Assembly (NCBI GenBank): GCA_963719495.1
Contig: CAVRCI010000008.1
Coordinates: forward strand, 96,001 to 160,000
Reading direction: 5' to 3'
DNA: 64,000 bases
Source: an uncultured Verrucomicrobiae bacterium
GTDB taxonomy: Bacteria; Verrucomicrobiota; Verrucomicrobiia; Chthoniobacterales; JAATET01
Shown here: positions 56,894-64,000 of the stretch, piece after piece
How positions within the stretch are numbered: position 1 is the stretch's first letter
How the letters are laid out: every line of letters begins with the position of its first letter
The notes under the pieces: generated by a model
The model's database searches: none
The model's input: only the letters and a program-made list of their open reading frames with translations
What the model was told of the DNA's origin: nothing
Program-made: the position numbers and the translations under genes

Positions 56894-58237
56894 TCAGGTT
56901 CGTTTGATTTTGCCGCTGGGGGTCTTGGCGATTTCGGTGACGGTGCGGAATTCGAGCGGGACCTTATAGCGGGCGAGTCGTTCGCGGCAATAGCGGGAGA
57001 GGATTGCCGAAGAGGGCGGGGTGGCGGGGTCGGAGGGGATGATTTCGGCGGCGGGGACGGCTCCGAATTGCGGGCTGGGTTTGGGAAAGACGCGGGCTTC
57101 GGCGACGGCTTCGTGAAGCACGAGGACGGCTTCGATTTCTTCGGGAAAACATTTCATGCCGCCGACGTTGATGACGCTGGCGGTGCGGCCGGTGAGGTAG
57201 AGGAAGCCTTCGGCGTCCCGGCGGGCAAGGTCGCCGGTGGCGAACCAGCCCTCGGCGTCGAGGACGTCGGCGCGCTCGCGCCACGGGGAGAGGTAGGCGT
57301 CGAAGAGGCCGGGGCCGCGGACGTGGAGGGGGCCGATGCCCTCGGCGTCGGGGTTGCGGATTTCAGCCTCGAATCCGGGCTGCGGGCGGCCGATGGATTC
57401 GGGGCGGCCGGTGGGGTCGTCGATGTTCAGGCACGGGAGGCCGCATTCGATGATACCGAGGCCCTGGCTGGGCGCGAGGCCGTAGCGGGCGGCGAAGGAG
57501 CGGGAGGTCTCGGCGGGGAGGCGGGCGGCGGTGGAGACGGAGAGGCGGAGGGTCGGCCAGGCGTCGCCGGATTTCTCGGTGGCGAGGAGTTGGTGGTGAA
57601 AGGGGGAGCCGTAGAAGACGGTGGCGTCGTGCTGACGGGCGCAGGCGAGGACGTCGGCGGCGAGGTGGCCGTCGGGGAGGACGGTGGCGGCTCCGTGCCA
57701 GAGGTAGAGCATGATCGAGACCGCGAAGTGGTGGGCCATCGGGAGGATCCAGACGACGCGGTCGGTGGGGCCGATGCGGAGTCCGGCGTTGGCGGCTTCG
57801 ATGCGGGCGAGAAGGGTCTCGTGGGTGAGGATGATGCCTTTGCTGGTGCCGGTGGTGCCGGAGCTGAAGCGGATGAAGGCGGGGTTGGGTGAAGAGGCGG
57901 GGATGGGGAGAGGGGGAGAGGGGGAGAGGGTGGTGGTGCCGGTTGGCTCGATGAGGAGTTCGGCGGCGGTCGTGGAGAGGAGCTGCTCGCGTTCGGGGGG
58001 GGCGAGTTCGGGGGGGACGGGGATGAAGGTGGCTCCGGAACGGAGGATGCGGAGGGCGTGGACGACGTAGTCGATGCCATCGGGGTGCAGGAGGGCAATT
58101 CGCTCGCGATTGGTGACCGGTGGCTGGTGATTGGTGGTAAGGGCATCGAGTTCTCCGTAGGTGACGGTGCGGGTGGGGGTGAGGATCGCGGATGCCGAGG
58201 GGGTGGCTTTGTGGAAAATTTCGTTGGCTAGGTTCAT
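56894..58237 (-). CDS. AMP-binding acyl-CoA/acyl-ACP ligase
   Basis: FSSGTTGTSKG, ATGDL, INVGG.K, YKVP, SGKIKR; ATG at 58237. Confidence 0.9.
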   Translation of the reverse strand: MNLANEIFHKATPSASAILTPTRTVTYGELDALTTNHQPPVTNRERIALLHPDGIDYVVHALRILRSGATFIPVPPELAPPEREQLLSTTAAELLIEPTGTTTLSPSPPLPIPASSPNPAFIRFSSGTTGTSKGIILTHETLLARIEAANAGLRIGPTDRVVWILPMAHHFAVSIMLYLWHGAATVLPDGHLAADVLACARQHDATVFYGSPFHHQLLATEKSGDAWPTLRLSVSTAARLPAETSRSFAARYGLAPSQGLGIIECGLPCLNIDDPTGRPESIGRPQPGFEAEIRNPDAEGIGPLHVRGPGLFDAYLSPWRERADVLDAEGWFATGDLARRDAEGFLYLTGRTASVINVGGMKCFPEEIEAVLVLHEAVAEARVFPKPSPQFGAVPAAEIIPSDPATPPSSAILSRYCRERLARYKVPLEFRTVTEIAKTPSGKIKRT

Positions 58238-58358
58238 GAGATCTTGGCGGGAGGGGAACGGAGGATTCGGGGGGAACAAGACTACCAAGGCGTTCGGCCG
58301 CTCGGCCCGCTCGGTCGACTTTCGCTTGGGGCGGTGCGCTGAGGGGAGTGCCAGGCTT

Positions 58359-58488
58359 CGCCGGATTGGGTTGGGTCGGCGAGTGGGAGGTCGCCGCCCC
58401 TCGAGCGGTTCGGCTCTCTCGCTTTGCTCGAATTGCCGAGTGATCCGGCGGGACGCCGGATCTCGCACGCGGGACGCGTGCGCTCCCC
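58359..58488 (-). repeat. Double-hairpin GGAG-terminal element, copy C
   Basis: Similar to 32275-32402 along its length. Confidence 0.85.
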
Positions 58489-59747
58489 TATTTCGTGAGG
58501 GTTTCGTCCTGGTCTACGAGGGATTGCCACGTGGGTTTGTAGTTGGGGTCGTAGCGTTGGTCCTGGTAGTCGAACATGGCGGCTCGGTGGTCGATGATCT
58601 CAGCGACCTTGGGGGTTTGGCGGTCGAGGGCTTCCCGGAGGGCGCGGGTGGCGGCGGGGACTCGCTCCCAGAGGATGGCGTAGGAGTCGAGGAAGTCGCG
58701 GGCGTAGTTGCCGTCGGCTCGGTCGCTGGGTTGCCAGAGACTCTGCGTGGGGATGGGGAGGTCGAGGAGCTGGGGGGCGATGTAGACGTTTTTGACGATG
58801 GCTCGTTCGAATTTCTCGACCGACTCAGTGTCGCGGCCGAAGTGGGCGTGGAGGAGGCCCCAGCCGAAGAGGAGGGCGGGTTCGACGTAGTCTTTCGGGT
58901 AATTCTCCTCGTAGTGGGCGAAGGCGTTGGCGGCGGCTTCGTAGTCCTCGGCGAGGAGGAAGACCATGGGGATGAGGAAGCGGGCACCCTGGTGGTCGGC
59001 GGGGTTGGTGCCGAGGAGGTCGCCGAGGCCTTCGGCGGCGGCGAGGTGGCGGCCCTGGTGCCAGAGGGTCATGGAACGACCGAAGGTGGCGCGGAGGTAG
59101 GGGCGGGTCTCGCGGTCGGTCCACCAGGTGGGGGCGAGGCCTTCCCAGCGGGGGGTTTCGCGGGCGATGGTGGCGTCGTATTCGCGGAGGGCGCGGGTCC
59201 AATCGCCGCGCCGGAATTCGGCGTCACCGAGCTCGACGTGGGCGGGTGAGCAGTCGGCGTCGCTGGCGATGGCTTTGCGCAGGAGGGCGATTTTTTTGGA
59301 TTCGGAACGGACTCGGAGGGCGGTGTTGACGAGGCCGGTGGCGAGGGCTCGGCGCTCGGGGGGCTGGTTGGTGGCGTAGTGGGCGACGACTTTTTGCGTG
59401 ATGGTGCTGAGTTCGTCGCGGTTGCGGGTGGTGGGGCGGTTGAACTGAATGGTGACGTTGAAATCCTCGGCGAAATCGGTCCACGCTTCTTCGTCCCATT
59501 CCTCGCTCTCGCCGATGACGAGTTTGTCGGGCGCGCCGATGCGGTCGATGAGGGCGCCGAGGAGGGTCTCGATGCGGGCCTGGTCGAGTTCCTCGAGAAT
59601 CTCGGGTGGGGCGACGGGGGACCCGGCGGCGTCGATGACGATGAGGAGGGTCGGGAGGATGAAGTCCTCGCCGGCGGGGAGGGGTTCGTCGAGGTCGATC
59701 CAGAAGAGCGTCCAGGTGGTGCGGGTGGATTTGAGTGGTTGGACCAT
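58488..59747 (-). CDS. TPR-like repeat protein
   Basis: Helical repeats, ETRPYLRA, NP.D.QG.R. Confidence 0.7.
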   Translation of the reverse strand: MVQPLKSTRTTWTLFWIDLDEPLPAGEDFILPTLLIVIDAAGSPVAPPEILEELDQARIETLLGALIDRIGAPDKLVIGESEEWDEEAWTDFAEDFNVTIQFNRPTTRNRDELSTITQKVVAHYATNQPPERRALATGLVNTALRVRSESKKIALLRKAIASDADCSPAHVELGDAEFRRGDWTRALREYDATIARETPRWEGLAPTWWTDRETRPYLRATFGRSMTLWHQGRHLAAAEGLGDLLGTNPADHQGARFLIPMVFLLAEDYEAAANAFAHYEENYPKDYVEPALLFGWGLLHAHFGRDTESVEKFERAIVKNVYIAPQLLDLPIPTQSLWQPSDRADGNYARDFLDSYAILWERVPAATRALREALDRQTPKVAEIIDHRAAMFDYQDQRYDPNYKPTWQSLVDQDETLTK

Positions 59748-59830
59748 TGAGCTGGTGATTGGTGACTGGTGATTGGTGATTGGTGGGATGCGGGATGCGG
59801 CGTCCGGCCAAGTTCGGGCGGTCGGGGGGG

Positions 59831-60370
59831 CTACGCGCTCCAGGTGATTTCCATGCGCTGTTTGCGGGCGAAGCGGTCGATGTAGTGGAGTTCTTTCTCG
59901 GTGACGCCGTGCTCGTGGACCATCTTGGTCACTTTCACGTCGAAGCAACAGTATTCGGCGATCTCGAGGATTTTGCCTTCGCGCCACCACTTGATGGCGT
60001 CAAGGCCTTCGGCGATTTTCCCGACTCCGAAGGTGCCTTGGGCGAGGGCGTCGAGGGGGAGGCGGTGACCGAGGACTTTTTCGACGTCGACCATGAGGTC
60101 GAGGGTGGGGACGTGTTCGTCGAGGTTGAGGACGGTGTATTGGTTGAGGACGCGGTAGTCGAAATTGATGAGGTTGTAGCCGACGACGAGGTCGGCGCGG
60201 CGGAGCTGGTCGATGAGTTTTTCGACGTTCGGCTCGGAGTAGATCGTGTAGGCGCCGAGGCCGGTGCTGTAGGTGACGCCGATGGACATGCCCATGAGGT
60301 CCTTGCGATCCCAGCCGCCGACGTCGTTGGCGGTGCGCTGGGTCTCGAGGTCGAAGTAAACAATATCCAC
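59831..60370 (-). CDS. Stand-alone RNase H-like (YprB-type DEDD) exonuclease
   Basis: FDLET, GYN..FD, YC..DV. Confidence 0.85.
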   Translation of the reverse strand: MDIVYFDLETQRTANDVGGWDRKDLMGMSIGVTYSTGLGAYTIYSEPNVEKLIDQLRRADLVVGYNLINFDYRVLNQYTVLNLDEHVPTLDLMVDVEKVLGHRLPLDALAQGTFGVGKIAEGLDAIKWWREGKILEIAEYCCFDVKVTKMVHEHGVTEKELHYIDRFARKQRMEITWSA

Positions 60371-60421
60371 GGGGGGGATTTTAGATTTTGGATTTTGGAT
60401 TTTCGATTAGGAAATTACGGA

Positions 60422-60838
60422 ATGACGATTCAGCGAATTGCCCACGTGTGCGTGATGACGAATGACCTCGGGGCGACCCGGGAATTTTACGAGTTGCTGG
60501 GGGCGCGGCTGGTCTTCGAGTTTACGCGGAAGGGGGCGGTGATCGGGTTTTATCTGGGGGTTGGGGAGCGGGATTTCATCGAAGCATTTCTGATTGGCGA
60601 GAAGCCGGGGACGGCTCGGGGTCAGGCTCTGGATCACGTTTGCTTCGAGACGGCGGACATGGAAGGGCTGCGGGAGCGGCTGGAGGCGGCGGGGCGGGAG
60701 CCGGGGGCGATCAAGACGGGGTGCGACCGTTCGCGGCAGTTTTGGGTGACGGCTCCGGAGGGGACGCGGGTGGAGTTTCACGAGTACACGGAGAGGAGTG
60801 CGCAGTTTTCCGGGGGCTGCGTGGAGGTGGATTGGTGA
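60422..60838 (+). CDS. VOC / glyoxalase family protein
   Basis: IAHVC, FIE, LDHVCF, PEGTRVEF. Confidence 0.88.
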   Translation: MTIQRIAHVCVMTNDLGATREFYELLGARLVFEFTRKGAVIGFYLGVGERDFIEAFLIGEKPGTARGQALDHVCFETADMEGLRERLEAAGREPGAIKTGCDRSRQFWVTAPEGTRVEFHEYTERSAQFSGGCVEVDW

Positions 60839-60907
60839 GTGGGATGTTTGCCCCCCAGATCCGAACTCGAGGACGTCCTCACCCCGTTTGCGCCGACGCT
60901 CGGCCAC

Positions 60908-62362
60908 TCAATGCCCGCAAACTCGCGGGAAGGCCATCCGGAAGATGGGTGAAAAGTCGGTGGGGGAGCGGGCGAGCCAGTCGCGGATTTGCGGGATCGG
61001 AAGGAATACGGTGCCTTCGAGTTCCTTGGGGCAGGGGACGAAGGGGCCTTCGTGGGTGGTGCGGTAGATTTGGAGGAATTCGTGGCCGGTGTCGGGGCCG
61101 CAGCCGAGTTTGAAGAGAGGTATGAGCTCGACGGCGGTGATGCCGATTTCTTCGGCGAGTTCGCGGTGGGCGGCTTGTTCGTAGGTCTCGCCGGCGTCGA
61201 CGTGGCCGGCGGTGGAGGAGTCCCAGAGGCCGGGGTTTTTGTCCTTCCAGGGGGAGCGTTTTTGCAGGAGGAGGTCGCCGTTTTGGTTAAAAACGAGGAT
61301 GTGGACGGCGCGGTGGGAGAGGTCGCGGGCGTGGACTTCGTCGCGGTGGCGGGTGTCGATGACGTGGTCGTTGGCGTCGACGACGTCGAAATCCTCGTCA
61401 CCGCGCTGGGCGACGGCGGGGGCGAGGAAGCGGGTGAGGGCGGTCCATTGGGGGATGGAGAGGGCCTCGGCTCGGACGGTGTCGGGGACGCCGAGGTGGG
61501 CGGCGGCGGCGGGCCAGCGGTCGCGGAATTCGCCGAGGTGGCGGTGGAGCTGTTTGCGGCGCTCGGAGAAGCCGGCGCGGACGAGGCGGTCGTAGAGTGG
61601 TCCGTCGCAGATGGGGGCTTCGGCGGCGGGGCGGGGGATGACGAGGATGACGGAGGAGTCGACCTTGGGGGCGGGGTGGAAGACGCTGGGCGGGAGGGTG
61701 CGGAGGGCGCGGATGGACCAGCGGCGGCCCATGCAGACGGTCATCGCGCCGTAGGCTTTGGTGCTGGGGGCCGCGTTCAGGCGGTCGGCGAGCTCGCGTT
61801 GGAGGGTGAAGACGAGGCGGGTGGGGCCGAGGAGCGGATCGACGAATCGGTCGAGGATGGGGGTGGAAACGTAGTAGGGGAGGTTGCCGATGATCTTGAG
61901 CGGGCCGCGGCCGAGAAGCTGGCGGGTGTCGAAGGTGGTGGCGTCGGCGTGGTGGAGGGTGGTTTTTGCGCGGAGCGCGTGAGGGGTGAATGGTGAATGG
62001 TGAATGGTGGGTGAGTCCCGCTTCGCCGGGGTGGGGAGGGCGCCGGGCGCGTGATTGGTGATTGGTGAGGGGTGATTGGTGGGTGATTCCGGCTGCGCCG
62101 GGGTGGTGAAGCGGTCTTTTAGGTGGGGGATCAGGCGGGCGTCTTTTTCGATGAGGGTCAGCGAAATGTCTTTGGTGGCAAGGATTTCGGTGAGGCTGCC
62201 GAGGCCGGGGCCGATCTCGACGACGTGGTCGCCGGGTTGGATTTCGAGCTGATCGACCGTCCAACGGGCCAAGTTTTGATCAAAGAGAAAATTTTGCCCC
62301 AGGGACTTGGTTGGGACCGTTTCCAGGTGCTCCAAGGCGGACTTTATCTCTTTGAGGGTCAA
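60908..62362 (-). CDS. rsmA: 16S rRNA dimethyladenosine transferase RsmA/KsgA fused to a NUDIX domain
   Basis: LGQNFL, EIGPGLG, NLPY, F.PAPKVDS; NUDIX GHVDAGE...AAHRELAEEIG. Confidence 0.93.
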   Translation of the reverse strand: MTLKEIKSALEHLETVPTKSLGQNFLFDQNLARWTVDQLEIQPGDHVVEIGPGLGSLTEILATKDISLTLIEKDARLIPHLKDRFTTPAQPESPTNHPSPITNHAPGALPTPAKRDSPTIHHSPFTPHALRAKTTLHHADATTFDTRQLLGRGPLKIIGNLPYYVSTPILDRFVDPLLGPTRLVFTLQRELADRLNAAPSTKAYGAMTVCMGRRWSIRALRTLPPSVFHPAPKVDSSVILVIPRPAAEAPICDGPLYDRLVRAGFSERRKQLHRHLGEFRDRWPAAAAHLGVPDTVRAEALSIPQWTALTRFLAPAVAQRGDEDFDVVDANDHVIDTRHRDEVHARDLSHRAVHILVFNQNGDLLLQKRSPWKDKNPGLWDSSTAGHVDAGETYEQAAHRELAEEIGITAVELIPLFKLGCGPDTGHEFLQIYRTTHEGPFVPCPKELEGTVFLPIPQIRDWLARSPTDFSPIFRMAFPRVCGH

Positions 62363-62388
62363 GGCGTTCGAGGTGGTGGCGCGCGGGG

Positions 62389-62453
62389 TTATTCACACGC
62401 GGCTTGTGAATAAATTACGGGGGCGGGGCGGACTTGTAACCAAGTTATTCACA
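62389..62453. promoter_or_regulatory. Cluster of three DnaA-box-like 9-mers
   Basis: TTATTCACA 62389-62397, TGTGAATAA 62405-62413, TTATTCACA 62445-62453. Confidence 0.65.
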
Positions 62454-62466
62454 GCGTTTGGACTGG

Positions 62467-63168
62467 TCAGATTCCGCGTCTCGGGCCGTGGGCGAAGGCG
62501 AGCGCGGAGCAGGCGGCGGCGCTGCTGACGACGACGGCTCCGAGGACGTCTTCCAAGGGGATGAGGCCGAAGATCCAGACGCCGATCACGCGGCCGGGGT
62601 CGTAATGCCACGCTCCCCAGAGGGCACCGATCGGGTCGGTGGCGAGGAGCCAGGCGACGGCGGCGAGGGTGACGGGGACGATGGTGCGGAGCTGGCCGCG
62701 GAGGAACGCGGTGTTGCGGAACCAGAGGATGGCGTGGAAGAGGAGGCCGGCGCTGACGAGCATGGCCAGCTGGGAAAGGCGGAGGGGGGCGAAGGCGAGG
62801 GTGAGCGGGAGGACGGTTGGGTAGGGGGCCTGGTGGGGCGGTGGGGGGGTGGCGTCGTCGGATCGTCGGTCGTGCAGGCTGAGGGCGAGACCGGCGAACA
62901 TCCAGGAGACACCGAGGATCCAGAGCCATTCTTCGAGGGGGAGTCCGAGGATCTGAAGGCCAATCATGTTGGTGTCGGTGAAGGACCAGAAGCCGAGTTG
63001 GATGGCGGTGTAGTCCCACGCCCAGCCACCGACGGCGGCTCCGAGCAGGGTGAAGGCGAGGGCGCGGCGGTCGCGCCACCAAGTGCGCCAGCCCCAGAGG
63101 CCGAGGGCGGCAAGGGGGAGGGCAACGCAGAGGGTGAGCCAGATGAGGTAGGTCCAGGGTCCGAACAC
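62467..63168 (-). CDS. Lycopene cyclase domain membrane protein (two tandem domains)
   Basis: Repeated (W)D..A...G.W.F/Y.....G......PLE(E/D) motif. Confidence 0.75.
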   Translation of the reverse strand: MFGPWTYLIWLTLCVALPLAALGLWGWRTWWRDRRALAFTLLGAAVGGWAWDYTAIQLGFWSFTDTNMIGLQILGLPLEEWLWILGVSWMFAGLALSLHDRRSDDATPPPPHQAPYPTVLPLTLAFAPLRLSQLAMLVSAGLLFHAILWFRNTAFLRGQLRTIVPVTLAAVAWLLATDPIGALWGAWHYDPGRVIGVWIFGLIPLEDVLGAVVVSSAAACSALAFAHGPRRGI

Positions 63169-63225
63169 GGGTGTTGATTTTCACGCGAAGCCGCGATGAC
63201 GAGAAAGAATCCAATACGGATGCGG

Positions 63226-63309
63226 GCCTCGCGCAGAGGCACAGAGACGCAGAGATCAATGATTCAGAAGTTCTCTGCGTCTCTGCGTCTCTGCGTCTCT
63301 GCGCGAGGC
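63226..63309. repeat. Inverted octamer (CTCTGCGT) repeat hairpin
   Basis: GCCTCGCGCAGAGGCACAGAGACGCAGAGA ... (TCTCTGCG)x4 CGAGGC. Confidence 0.75.
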
Positions 63310-63331
63310 AAGTATTTCACCACTTCCTGGA

Positions 63332-64000
63332 TCAAGAGGGGGGGAGGGCGGCTTGGTCGATGGTGGTGAGTTCTTCTGGGGTGAAGGTGAGGTTTTCGAT
63401 GGCTTTGACGTTCTCCTGGATCTGGGAGAGGCGGCTGGCTCCGATGAGGGCGGAGGTGACGACGGGGCGGCGGAGGGTCCAGGCGAGGGCCATCTGGGCC
63501 AGAGTCTGGCCGCGGTCCTTGGCGATGGCGTCGAGCTTGCGGGCTACGGTGACGACTTCCTCGGTGACCCGGTTGGAGTCGAGGAATGGGCTGGAGCCGG
63601 CGGCTCGGGAGTTCTCGGGGATGCCGGCGAGGTATTTGCCGGTGAGGAGGCCTTGGGCGAGGGGGCAGAACGCGATGGCTCCGACGCCTTCGCGTTCGAG
63701 GACGTCGAGGAGGCCTTCGTTCTCGGGGGCGCGGTCGTGAATGTTGTAGCGGGGCTGGTGGATGAGGAGGGGGGTGCCGAGGTCGCGGAGGATCTGGGCG
63801 GCGCGGTGGGCGCGGTCAGCGGGGTAATTCGAGATGCCGGGGTAGAGGGCTTTGCCGGAGCGGACGGCGTCGGCGAGGGCGGTCATGGTCTCCTCGAGTG
63901 GGGTATCGGGGTCGGGGCGGTGGTGGTAGAAAATGTCGACCCGGTCGATGGCGAGGCGGCCGAGGCTTTCGTCGAGGCTGTCGAGGAGGTATTTGCGCGA
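63332..64000 (-). CDS. Aldo/keto reductase (YghZ/MgrA-like), 5'-truncated by window edge
   Basis: DIFYHHRPD, GKALY.GISNY, IHQPRY, PLAQGLLTGKY, LIGAS. Confidence 0.9.
   Translation of the reverse strand, partial: SRKYLLDSLDESLGRLAIDRVDIFYHHRPDPDTPLEETMTALADAVRSGKALYPGISNYPADRAHRAAQILRDLGTPLLIHQPRYNIHDRAPENEGLLDVLEREGVGAIAFCPLAQGLLTGKYLAGIPENSRAAGSSPFLDSNRVTEEVVTVARKLDAIAKDRGQTLAQMALAWTLRRPVVTSALIGASRLSQIQENVKAIENLTFTPEELTTIDQAALPPS

Noticed and set aside
60908..61400. Isopentenyl-diphosphate isomerase linked to the nearby cyclase gene
   Set aside because: Lacks the catalytic Cys motif of type 1 IDI; better treated as a generic NUDIX domain
62363..62466. Replication origin oriC
   Set aside because: Only three boxes in a short gap, no evident AT-rich unwinding element and no dnaA/dnaN nearby; retained only as a DnaA-box cluster
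1..64000. tRNA, rRNA, transposase or defence-system genes; numerous long antisense ORFs
   Set aside because: None recognised by eye (a covariance/HMM search would be needed to exclude them); the antisense ORFs are expected high-GC shadows of real genes

Overview
High-GC, apparently core chromosomal segment with about 60 CDS. I recognised no rRNA, tRNA, transposase, integrase or CRISPR. The H-X9-DG prepilin and RsmA-NUDIX fusion suggest Verrucomicrobiota/PVC (inference only). Housekeeping genes (nuoD, ndh, recQ, ccsA/resB, dcd, HU, lysS, rsmA, floA) are interspersed with many signalling genes. The best candidate for an undescribed system is a translationally coupled operon encoding an ammonium-transporter (Amt)-HAMP-PP2C phosphatase fusion, a SiaB-type kinase and SiaC, preceded by a PAS hybrid kinase and lacking SiaD. 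Other highlights are a family-B polymerase with all three proofreading motifs eroded, a class A PBP lacking SxxK, a ligase/halogenase-like/LolA-like/MMPL cluster, a perfect Rex box between ndh and an orphan nuoD, and three DnaA boxes upstream of rsmA. The window also has abundant strand-polarised palindromic repeats, including a 105-bp tandem array, covarying hairpin elements and repeats recruited into coding sequence. All calls come from motif recognition by eye; no searches were run and start codons are best estimates.
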